DNA of 64,000 bases. It comes from Candidatus Omnitrophota bacterium. GTDB lineage: Bacteria; Omnitrophota; Gorgyraeia; Zapsychrales; Zapsychraceae. Under the pieces are notes generated by a model that worked only from the letters and a program-made list of their open reading frames with translations, had not been told where the DNA came from and searched no databases. Location: positions 9,082-73,081 of the forward strand of contig JAJDCA010000051.1 in assembly GCA_029261055.1 (NCBI GenBank), written 5' to 3'. Position numbers and translations under genes: made by a program. This document shows, piece by piece, positions 54,301 to 62,046 of this stretch; within the stretch, counting starts at the first letter, position 1, and every line of letters starts with the position of its first letter.

Positions 54301-54800
54301 AACTCTTCCTCCGGATACATCAAACTCGCTGTGAGTTGTTTCAACAAATAATCTTGCGCTAATAAATCACGCCCCAAGGCGGTCTTGCCTAATTCTTCGG
54401 GAATAATTCGGTCTGGCTCATATGGCGATAAATTCACCCACAAATCATCCTTCGGCGTGGTCATGGCGGCTAGAAAATATCGGACAAGCTTTTCTGATTC
54501 TTTTTCAATTTCTTCCTGAGATTTATCCGAATGCCCACTATCAACAATAAAATTAAATCGAAACGGTTCATTTGGATGGATGGTCATGCCTTTAAGAAGT
54601 ACCGGAACAAACGCAGGACTGGGCGGCACCATAGCTCCTGGAACAGGCAGATTCAACAAACTTATACCTGCCTGTCCGGCAGGCAGGCTCTGAGAAAAGC
54701 TTGGTGGCAGAATCGTACAAAACGCAAAATATACAGACAAAATGCAAGAAAATACCGAATAACCAAAGCTTTTACGCTTTTTTTGATAATACGTCCACAT
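51381..54800 (-). CDS. Large signal-anchored multidomain protein (1139 aa): conserved N-terminal module (paralog of the 3105-aa protein N-terminus) + P-loop kinase-like domain + ThiG (thiazole synthase)-like TIM barrel
   Basis: N-terminal KKRK followed by a hydrophobic anchor. About 370 aa collinear with 27480..28500. Walker A AGLSGTGKKT, APS-kinase/uridine-kinase-like. The C-terminal roughly 300 aa align with ThiG through blocks SGSQ, NTS..EEAI, YLKLEI (catalytic Lys), GSGGGLG and GFNAVLVNAAI. Confidence 0.8.
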   Translation of the reverse strand: MWTYYQKKRKSFGYSVFSCILSVYFAFCTILPPSFSQSLPAGQAGISLLNLPVPGAMVPPSPAFVPVLLKGMTIHPNEPFRFNFIVDSGHSDKSQEEIEKESEKLVRYFLAAMTTPKDDLWVNLSPYEPDRIIPEELGKTALGRDLLAQDYLLKQLTASLMYPEEELGEKFWARVYERAEKEYGVTEIPVNTFNKVWIMPESATVYEHENTVYIVNSRLKVMLEEDYEALNNNNSNAEPRATFGEDQLRGDSTEIIREIILPEIEREVNEGQNFASLRQMYHSLILAKWYKETIKGSILFQVYVDQNKVAGVAIEDKTVNNQIYDRYMQAFKTGVFDYIKEEYDTLSQEVIPRKYFSGGFKDAAMRFTPAFNPTQIENSIVGATFDFAMSVTPKKDEVDASTMTFEEKIKKGYVKSKNVFEGSKELLDIIDKKLASHNEKRALFIRIAGLSGTGKKTFIKTFVEDILLKRFFKKDIIYSLTDNSVAGEGYEIFLNDRDAPFNKIVKTEMWDRKIAFFVGVETSAYLNNNIEPDVEVLFHVNEETRQERLRKRAEQNRKVVLMVEGSTFSSKTYEKLNSEIPQLGKDLIINNTEEIDWDDLGKYFDKAMVRKKEEENAPEMSLRETIMRDMVYELDRTSHLYGGVAISLKMLPFGGVSKEKKKELLKHYLNVATEIAKAFSKVVKLEASVSETFIGLKFGGFWGGLRNFSDYNGVKYYKGQIREWLMREIELESAETIDVEVVEVQNYTRFVINGVELFPLISPTAITHMRNDNCSDATCIATLSPNVSRDIVLESGSQVFIFLPGDVRELKKTTSFKEAKKILQDTKFKSNAGFSKLGKSGSLNTLPEDVRVPYIESTHKELLRLGETKEFITMVNTSRVQNQEEAIIMAALGVQLVQTPYLKLEIRDDNLMTKNNDIIDAVKVLVNLNKDIKIFPLIGKTMSKKMLNEILELKQVVGLRIEGTQPGSGGGLGTEEGKKLIKNIMIWSRGIRPDIQLIAEAGISSPEHAQEAMEMGFNAVLVNAAITQSKKPAEFSREFADAVLKGRESWLSNHIFKEDKDDVDDSMVGGIDMNEIDLNRGGSGVDIQFDPAQLEPLLEDGVVFSPVFMDFTPINSILPLLGLVPRNEENEEYNVSRLN

Positions 54801-55001
54801 AATAATAATCTTTTTCTATTAATTAATAAGGAAAAGCGGTTTCTTTAATAACTATAATGGAAGTATAACATGCAGGAAATAATCGGCAAGAATGTGTAAA
54901 ATTTAAATATTCTATAACTTAATTCATTTCAAATATTTACAGCTTAACCAAAAAAAAATCTAAAATTTTTCTTAATACTGCGCAATGACACATCAAAATT
55001 A

Positions 55002-56138
55002 CTAACAAATATCCACAAGGCTTTTATCAACAATATCCGTTCCCGGCTTACCTAATAGATAGCCCTGACCAGCATCGATGCCGAGTTCTATCAATTTTTT
55101 CAACTCTTCCTCTTTTTCAATCCCTTCAGCAATAGTGATGATACCATTCATTTCACTAAAATATTTTATAGCCTTAACAATACTTTGCCGCAATTCACTC
55201 GTATGAATATCACGCACCAAATGCATATCAATTTTGACAAATTCAGGATGAGATTCTGCAATGGTATCTAAACTCGCATAACCGGAACCCACATCATCAA
55301 TAGCAATCTGAAGACCTAATTTTTTATATTCATTAAGATTTTCAAAGAATACAGAATAATTTCTAATGGCTGTTCGTTCTGTAATTTCCAAGACCATACT
55401 TTTAAATGGAATAAGCCCTTTAGCTACATAGGTCTCGTTAAATTGTCCATTTTCGATAATATATGGCGTACAGTTAAGAAATAATTTTCCACCTTTCTGA
55501 GATTCCCTCCATCGTGTAATCGCCTTTTGCCAGCACACCATTTCCAAATCATAATACATCCCAAAATTTAGGGCCACCTTAAATAAAAATTCAGGATTGT
55601 TTAATCGGCCATCTTTTGGCGGCCGACTAAGCCCTTCCACACCTATCATCTCAGATGACTTTAATGAAAAAATAGGTTGAAAAAAAGGAGTAATCTTTTC
55701 TTCCTGAATAATTGCCCTTAACTCAGATAATAGAGCTTCCTTATCTTGGGGTTCATACCTTTCAAACTGCCCTCGCCTCAATACCGTATCAATACGCGCC
55801 AGCAATTCTTCATGCTCAAAAGGTTTGGTAATATAATCATCCGCCCCCACATATAAACCTTCAATCTTATCGGCAGGCTGTATCATGGCTGTCAAAAAAA
55901 TAATGGGTATATTGTATAGCTGCCTGTCCTCTCTGATTTTTCGACAAATTTCAATACCTTCCATATCCGGTAAATTCCGATCAAGCAAAATCAAATCCGG
56001 ATTTTCTCTCACCTTCACAAGGGCATCTGCCCCGGTATGAACCATATCCACTTCATATTGCCCCGCCTCTAACAGCATCGCGGTTAACCGCGCTGATTCC
56101 ACTTCATCTTCGACAATCAAAATACGTTTTTGATGCAT
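55002..56138 (-). CDS. Response regulator with EAL-domain c-di-GMP phosphodiesterase output
   Basis: REC domain (phospho-Asp in ILLDRNLPDMEG), then an EAL domain with EGLSR (an EAL variant), DDVGSGYASL, EGIEKEEE and QGY blocks. Confidence 0.75.
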   Translation of the reverse strand: MHQKRILIVEDEVESARLTAMLLEAGQYEVDMVHTGADALVKVRENPDLILLDRNLPDMEGIEICRKIREDRQLYNIPIIFLTAMIQPADKIEGLYVGADDYITKPFEHEELLARIDTVLRRGQFERYEPQDKEALLSELRAIIQEEKITPFFQPIFSLKSSEMIGVEGLSRPPKDGRLNNPEFLFKVALNFGMYYDLEMVCWQKAITRWRESQKGGKLFLNCTPYIIENGQFNETYVAKGLIPFKSMVLEITERTAIRNYSVFFENLNEYKKLGLQIAIDDVGSGYASLDTIAESHPEFVKIDMHLVRDIHTSELRQSIVKAIKYFSEMNGIITIAEGIEKEEELKKLIELGIDAGQGYLLGKPGTDIVDKSLVDIC

Positions 56139-56153
56139 AACAAACTCCTTGTA

Positions 56154-59030
56154 TTATGTTCTTTCTGAAATTTTTGACCTATCTAATTCAGCTTTGGGAA
56201 GCTCAAAAGAAAAGGTTGTCCCTTTCCCCAATTCACTTTCAACCTGCACGCTGCCCCCATGCAGTTCAATCAGGAATTTCGTAATGTTCAATCCCAACCC
56301 TGTGCCCCTCACACCAGGACCGTGCGTCCGATTTAATTGTTGAAATTTCTGAAAAAGTTTTGATATATCTTCCTTGGCAATACCCGGACCTGTGTCTCGG
56401 ACAGAAAAAACAACACTTTCTTGATTCTCTTGTCCCAATATAAAAATATCTTTATGCTCTGGCGTAAACTTGACAGCATTACTTATAAAATTAGATAAAA
56501 TTTGTGAAAACCGAAGACGATCGACGTGCATCATAATTATTGGACTTGAATACTGCATGTGTAATTGAATATTTTTCGTATGTGCCTTCAAAGCCCATCC
56601 CTTACATAATTCTTCAATAACCTGAACAATATTCACTTTTTCGGTATTCAGCGTAAACTTTCCAGCCTCATGTTTAGCGACATCAAGAATATCATTGATC
56701 AACAATGTAAGCCTATTAATATTATTATTGGCCGTCGTCATAATTTCTTTTTGTTTATCATTCATAGGGCCTGCCACTTCCGTTGAAAGCACTGTCAACG
56801 CTTGCTTAGTAATGGATAGAGGCGTTCGTAATTCATGGGATACCGTTGATGTAATTTCATCCTTCACAGCCAAAGCCCTCTTTAAATCATCCTCCGCTTT
56901 TTTGCGTTGTGTAATATCCCTCAAATAAGTCGTAAACATAATTTCGTCTTCTAATGGAATACGTACCACGACTAATTCTGCAGGAAATTCATACCCTCCT
57001 GCCCGCATCGCCTTAATTTCAATACGCTTCCCAAGGATATCTCCTTTACCGGTAGCCATATACTTTGTTAACTCTTTCTGAAAAAGTTCCCGTGACGTCT
57101 CTGGAAGTATGGTATGCGCCATATCTTGGTCAATAATTTCATCACGGTTGTACCCAAACGTTTTTTCAGCGGCAGGATTAAATTCTACAATCTTTCCCCT
57201 GTGATCCATTGTAATAATACAATCTAAAGAAGCTTCAAACATCGCATGCTTACGGGCTTCGCTTTCGGAAATCGCATGTTCAAATTGCTTTTTTTCGGTA
57301 ATATCATCTTTAACAGCAAGAAAATGAGTGATATTATTCTTGGCATCCCGAATAGGTGAAATCGTAGCAGACTCCCAAAAAAGCTCACCATTTTTCTTTT
57401 TATTATGAAATTCCCCTCGCCAATTATTACCTGCCAGAATGGTATCCCACAAATTCTGATATTGCTCCTGAGACATTTCACCAGATTTCAAAACCCGGGG
57501 ATTTTTACCCACCACTTCTTCCTCACGATATCCTGTTACTTGTGTAAAACGAGGATTGATATATTCAATCTTTCCATCCCGATCTGTAATCTGGACAATA
57601 CTCGAACTCTGTTCAATGGCACGTGAAAATTTACGCAGCTGCTCTTCCATCTTTTTCCGTTCTGTAATATCCTTAGCGCTAAATAGTATTCCTTCCAATT
57701 TCCCTTTTTTATCTTTTAAAATAGTGATAGAAGAAAGAACCGGTATCAAGACCCCATCCTTTGTTTTCAAATCTGTTTCTAATTCACGCATAGACTCCAA
57801 CTGCATTAATTTTTGCAACCGTGGGCCTTTAAAAATCAACATCTCATCTGAAAGAATTTTATAAATCGGTTGTCCCAACAACTCGTTTTCGGTATATCCT
57901 AATAATTCCCATGTTGAAGGATTAACCGTAAGCATTTTTCCATCGGCATCTAAAACAATCAATGCATCAATCATATTCTTTATAATGTTATCAATGTAAT
58001 CTCTGGATTTAATCAATTCATCGCGAAAAATTTTTAAATCTTTTGTCATCTTATTAAAAGAACTTGATAGCTCTCCAATCTCATCTTTAGATTTCACCTC
58101 AACCAATCGCGTAAGATCTCCTTCCGCAATTTTCTGAGTCGCCTCAACTAAAGAATTAATCGGACGCGTAATCCCCCGGCCAAGTAAAACACCAATCATA
58201 ATCGCAAACAAAATCGTAATGATCGCGACAACCAAAATGGCCTTGCGCACTAAATCCTGAGCAGCTCTCGTAGGTAGCGTTGAAATACTGACCATAAGCA
58301 TGGCAACCTTTTCTTTATCGAGGTTTAACAAAGGGATAGATTTCGTCACGACACTCCCCTTTGAGACATCAAGATTTTCCCTAAATGAAATTTTCTGGGG
58401 AAGCGTTGTTACACTTGAAGTATTATGCAAAAAGAGACTAACATCTACCCCGCTTATTTCTTTCATATTCAAAAGAAAGGAGCGGTCGATTGATCTGCAG
58501 AGCACAAGATATCCTAACCGTGTGCCATCTCCCATATCAATAGGCTGCATGACTTCAATCATCAGACGATTTTCCAACACTTCTAATTCAGTTACAGCTT
58601 GATTTGATTGTAGTATTGTTTGAAAAAAAGACGTCCGGGAAAAATCATCGCCTACTTTATATGCGGTATGTTGTTCTGCTTTCACAATCCCTGTACTATC
58701 AAAAATCAAAAGTCCATCTACCTTATAAAGCTCTTCTTTTCTAACTAACAGCGCGTTAATATTTTCAAAATCACCTAAACTCAAATCCACCTGCAAATCC
58801 GAATCGGACGCAAGAATTTTCCCAAAAGAAAAAAGACTCTCTTGAGAATCTTTAATTAACCGTTGAACCAAAGCAATAGAATGATCTGCTTTGGCCACAA
58901 GCTCAGATTCTAATCGTTTACTCATAATTTGAATCGCCAAGGCCGTTACAATCATAATAGGCACAAGGACCATCAAAACAAGAGTAGCAATAAACCTTCC
59001 TTGTAAACTTAATTTAAAGTGTCTAAACAT
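56154..59030 (-). CDS. Membrane sensor histidine kinase with HAMP, at least 3 PAS domains, HisKA and HATPase_c
   Basis: Two TM segments flanking a periplasmic region, then HAMP, repeated PAS blocks, H-box HELRTPL and G-boxes GTGLGL. 15 nt upstream of the REC-EAL gene. Confidence 0.8.
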   Translation of the reverse strand: MFRHFKLSLQGRFIATLVLMVLVPIMIVTALAIQIMSKRLESELVAKADHSIALVQRLIKDSQESLFSFGKILASDSDLQVDLSLGDFENINALLVRKEELYKVDGLLIFDSTGIVKAEQHTAYKVGDDFSRTSFFQTILQSNQAVTELEVLENRLMIEVMQPIDMGDGTRLGYLVLCRSIDRSFLLNMKEISGVDVSLFLHNTSSVTTLPQKISFRENLDVSKGSVVTKSIPLLNLDKEKVAMLMVSISTLPTRAAQDLVRKAILVVAIITILFAIMIGVLLGRGITRPINSLVEATQKIAEGDLTRLVEVKSKDEIGELSSSFNKMTKDLKIFRDELIKSRDYIDNIIKNMIDALIVLDADGKMLTVNPSTWELLGYTENELLGQPIYKILSDEMLIFKGPRLQKLMQLESMRELETDLKTKDGVLIPVLSSITILKDKKGKLEGILFSAKDITERKKMEEQLRKFSRAIEQSSSIVQITDRDGKIEYINPRFTQVTGYREEEVVGKNPRVLKSGEMSQEQYQNLWDTILAGNNWRGEFHNKKKNGELFWESATISPIRDAKNNITHFLAVKDDITEKKQFEHAISESEARKHAMFEASLDCIITMDHRGKIVEFNPAAEKTFGYNRDEIIDQDMAHTILPETSRELFQKELTKYMATGKGDILGKRIEIKAMRAGGYEFPAELVVVRIPLEDEIMFTTYLRDITQRKKAEDDLKRALAVKDEITSTVSHELRTPLSITKQALTVLSTEVAGPMNDKQKEIMTTANNNINRLTLLINDILDVAKHEAGKFTLNTEKVNIVQVIEELCKGWALKAHTKNIQLHMQYSSPIIMMHVDRLRFSQILSNFISNAVKFTPEHKDIFILGQENQESVVFSVRDTGPGIAKEDISKLFQKFQQLNRTHGPGVRGTGLGLNITKFLIELHGGSVQVESELGKGTTFSFELPKAELDRSKISERT

Positions 59031-59040
59031 TTTTTATTTT

Positions 59041-59184
59041 AGAAGTTATCCCAAAATCTCTATTTCTGATAGCGGGTGACGCGGCCAATTCAGCGAGCGG
59101 GAGGATCCACACTGGGCGGAGGGGCCCGCGAGCGATTGGACGCGACAGGACCCGCGACACCATAGAGGTTTTGGGATAACTTCT
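59041..59184. repeat. 144-bp element: GC-rich (about 67% GC) structured core bounded by 21-bp terminal inverted repeats. It fills the whole intergenic space upstream of the HK gene.
   Basis: Left arm AGAAGTTATCCCAAAATCTCT (59041..59061). Right arm AGAGGTTTTGGGATAACTTCT (59164..59184) is its reverse complement with 1 mismatch. The core GCGGGTGACGCGGCC...GACCCGCGACACC has internal complementarity and is sharply more GC-rich than the surrounding sequence. Confidence 0.6.
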
Positions 59185-59761
59185 AGTACTCTTCAAAAAA
59201 TATTGCCCTTAACACTACTTTTATGGCATCACGCGAGGTTTGAAATTCCTCAGAATTGACCCCTACCATATTATTAACTGCCCGAAAAAACATCTTTAAT
59301 TTTTTGGATACCTCAAAATCGATGGCCCGGACATACGGATCTAAGACGAGGTACTCGACATAGGCCTTTTTGATTTTCGGCACCATTTGTTGTCTATTCG
59401 ACACAGCGTCAAGACAAACACTTAAATGACTTTCAATGGAATAAACTATAAATTGCTGAATGATTCTTACAACATAAGTTTTATTGCCTTCAATAATCCC
59501 CTTATTTAAATCTGCATTAATATCTACACCATATATCTGATTAATCTCTGATGTTAGTGGAGACAATAATTGCATAGCATTGGTAATTTTTTCATATTTA
59601 TTTTTTTCAACGGCCATTAACATCCGTTCAAAAACCTTGGACACATCCACCTTCACAGCATCATGAATATCTGCACTACACGTCTTTAGCGGACATACAA
59701 ATCCCATAAACACAAAACATAAAACCGCGGCTTTAATGATAATCTGTCTGTATTTTTTCAA
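59183..59761 (-). CDS. Secreted hypothetical protein (192 aa)
   Basis: Signal peptide MKKYRQIIIKAAVLCFVFMGFVCPLKTCSA; no other motifs. Confidence 0.45.
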   Translation of the reverse strand: MKKYRQIIIKAAVLCFVFMGFVCPLKTCSADIHDAVKVDVSKVFERMLMAVEKNKYEKITNAMQLLSPLTSEINQIYGVDINADLNKGIIEGNKTYVVRIIQQFIVYSIESHLSVCLDAVSNRQQMVPKIKKAYVEYLVLDPYVRAIDFEVSKKLKMFFRAVNNMVGVNSEEFQTSRDAIKVVLRAIFFEEY

Positions 59762-59798
59762 ATGACCAACCTAATGAACTTTTTGGACAATCTCTTAA

Positions 59799-61304
59799 TC
59801 AAAACTCTACCGTTCCACTAAGGGTAAACCCATCATTATCCAGCTCTGTAATATCCTCTTCTTTTTGAATAAAATACTCTGCCTTCAAAAGAAAATGTTC
59901 ATGCGGCCTGGCATTGACGCCAAAACCGTATTGTGAACGACGGAAAGTCCCATCAGAAAGCGTAACGTCTGTAGCTGATGACGCCCTCAACTTAAGGATA
60001 ACCTCTTTAAACAATGGGGCATCTTTTGTTAAAGTGTACAAAACATCGATGGTTCCCCCATTGCGATCCAAAGATTCCAAAGAGGCCCCCCCATCTAAAT
60101 CTTCTTTGCTAAAATACCAATACGCCCTAAGATCAAGTTTTTTATACACATAACTCGTATCTACGCCATAAGCAGTAAGATCTGCATCATACCGACGAGC
60201 ATCCGTCGTGGCAAAACTTGTATCGGTATTCCGACGCAAAGCTCCTTTGGCAAAGCTAAAACCAAAATTCAAATTTTCTATCCAAGGGAAAACACCTAAA
60301 CGTGTTGTAAACATTCTATTGGAATCATGATCAAGGCTATTTGACCGCGATGCACCAACATTGTCACTCATTTCAAAACTCGTTGGGCCATTCCCAACGG
60401 AAAACAAATAATTAATACCAAAGTTCTCTGCGATGTCCCATTCTCCTTCAGCCATCACCCCAACCTCATTGACATGAGCCGGAACCACTTCCGCTGCTAC
60501 TGGGGATAAAAGATTAAAATTATTTAAAGCAGAAAACCATTCTTCATTATGAATACCAAATGGCCACCAATACCGGCCTCCTACAAAGCGTAAACTGGGG
60601 GCCTCATCTTTAACCTCTACGGGTGCCCACATAATTTTACTCTCTGTAATCACAGGGTCACGGGCATTACCAACAAAATGAACCTCAAACGACCCTGATA
60701 AATTTTGTGTCAATTCACTCCCGATAAAAAGAGCTGTGTCATTTTTAAACCCAGATTCATGTTTACCCGAACGGGTACTTGTACCAGAAATAAGAATTTG
60801 GGAAGTTTCTCCCGGAGCACTCCCCTGTTCCTTATCTAAATCGGCATATGTCACAGTTGAATACCCATGCAGAAAAAAGAAACTGGATTGATCGGCATAA
60901 TTACCGCTTGGGGTTTCTCGTTTAAGTTTATCTTTCGTCGTTGCCAGTTGAGCCCCCTTTTCAGGAAGATTAATCTTGGCCTTATGCAAAAAATCCTTAA
61001 GGAAACTTTTTTTTGCCTCAGAGGGCTCCTTTGCCATGACGTCTGTTTTTGATGCGTCTACGAATTCTTTTTTTACCGTCAAGACTTCAAATTTTTGTTG
61101 AAGATCCACAACCGTACTATTAAATTCGGTTTCTCGTGTTTTTGCCTCTTCACGAAGCCCTTGAATCTCCTGCTGTTGTTGCTGCACTAACTGTCGCAAG
61201 GATTGCATCTCAACCTTGAGATCACTTAAATCATCCGCTTTAAGTCCCATTGGGAACAAACACATCCCAATAGCGACAATAAAAAATACTTTCATTTTTC
61301 GCAT
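59799..61304 (-). CDS. Putative outer-membrane beta-barrel protein with N-terminal coiled coil
   Basis: Signal peptide, Q-rich coiled coil, amphipathic beta-strand pattern, and a C-terminal ...GTVEF with terminal Phe (OMP signature). Confidence 0.5.
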   Translation of the reverse strand: MRKMKVFFIVAIGMCLFPMGLKADDLSDLKVEMQSLRQLVQQQQQEIQGLREEAKTRETEFNSTVVDLQQKFEVLTVKKEFVDASKTDVMAKEPSEAKKSFLKDFLHKAKINLPEKGAQLATTKDKLKRETPSGNYADQSSFFFLHGYSTVTYADLDKEQGSAPGETSQILISGTSTRSGKHESGFKNDTALFIGSELTQNLSGSFEVHFVGNARDPVITESKIMWAPVEVKDEAPSLRFVGGRYWWPFGIHNEEWFSALNNFNLLSPVAAEVVPAHVNEVGVMAEGEWDIAENFGINYLFSVGNGPTSFEMSDNVGASRSNSLDHDSNRMFTTRLGVFPWIENLNFGFSFAKGALRRNTDTSFATTDARRYDADLTAYGVDTSYVYKKLDLRAYWYFSKEDLDGGASLESLDRNGGTIDVLYTLTKDAPLFKEVILKLRASSATDVTLSDGTFRRSQYGFGVNARPHEHFLLKAEYFIQKEEDITELDNDGFTLSGTVEF

Positions 61305-61374
61305 TTTTTCTCCTTGAGTTAGAAAAATGTTATTAGAAATAAATATAATTAGTATTCTATTTTAAATAAAAATA

Positions 61375-62034
61375 TTAAAGCATTTCCATAATCGCTTTAA
61401 CCAAATTTTCCGCACCTGTCGCGACATCGCTGATGGAGGCTGGGAGCATATAACATGGGGTGGTTACGAGTTTGTACTTTTGATCAACAACTATGCCGCC
61501 ATGGGACGTATTTTCTGTGCTTGCGCCCATCTTTTGAAAAACAGCATTTACCTTTTCATCCTGGCCAAAGGTAATTTTCACATCTCCTAATAATTTTCCA
61601 AGAATGACTGGAGCAATGCACAAAGCACCGATAGGTTTATTGTGTTCGACCATAGCCCGCACGGCACGCTCGACATCAGCATTAACGGACATATTTTCAC
61701 CATCCACGCCAAAGGTTGATAAATTTAACGCGGCTCCGAACCCTCCAGGAAGAATCAAGGCATCAAATTGCGTAGCATCATATTCACTTAATGGTTTGAT
61801 ATCCCCACGCGCAATACGCGCAGACTCGCGCAAAACATTGCGTGTTTCATCCATTTTTTCCCCGGTCAAAAAATCAATCACCTGATACTGATCAATATCC
61901 GGTGCAAAACACTGATACTTGCTGCCAGCTCGATCGATGGCCAAAAGTGTTAACACTGATTCATGAATCTCCGCCCCATCCTTATTGCCGCATCCTGATA
62001 AAACAATACCAAAGTTTAATATTTGTTTGCGCAT
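61375..62034 (-). CDS. DJ-1/PfpI-superfamily protein (ElbB-like glyoxalase / class I glutamine amidotransferase-like)
   Basis: GIVLSGCGNKDGAEIHE ... ALILPGGFGA ... nucleophile-elbow CIAP blocks typical of ElbB. Confidence 0.75.
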   Translation of the reverse strand: MRKQILNFGIVLSGCGNKDGAEIHESVLTLLAIDRAGSKYQCFAPDIDQYQVIDFLTGEKMDETRNVLRESARIARGDIKPLSEYDATQFDALILPGGFGAALNLSTFGVDGENMSVNADVERAVRAMVEHNKPIGALCIAPVILGKLLGDVKITFGQDEKVNAVFQKMGASTENTSHGGIVVDQKYKLVTTPCYMLPASISDVATGAENLVKAIMEML

Positions 62035-62046
62035 ATCTTTTTTTCC

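Noticed and set aside
59062-59163. c-di-GMP riboswitch (GEMM) in the HK/EAL operon leader
   Set aside because: The sequence does not resemble the GEMM-I or GEMM-II conserved cores. It is kept as an unclassified structured element instead.
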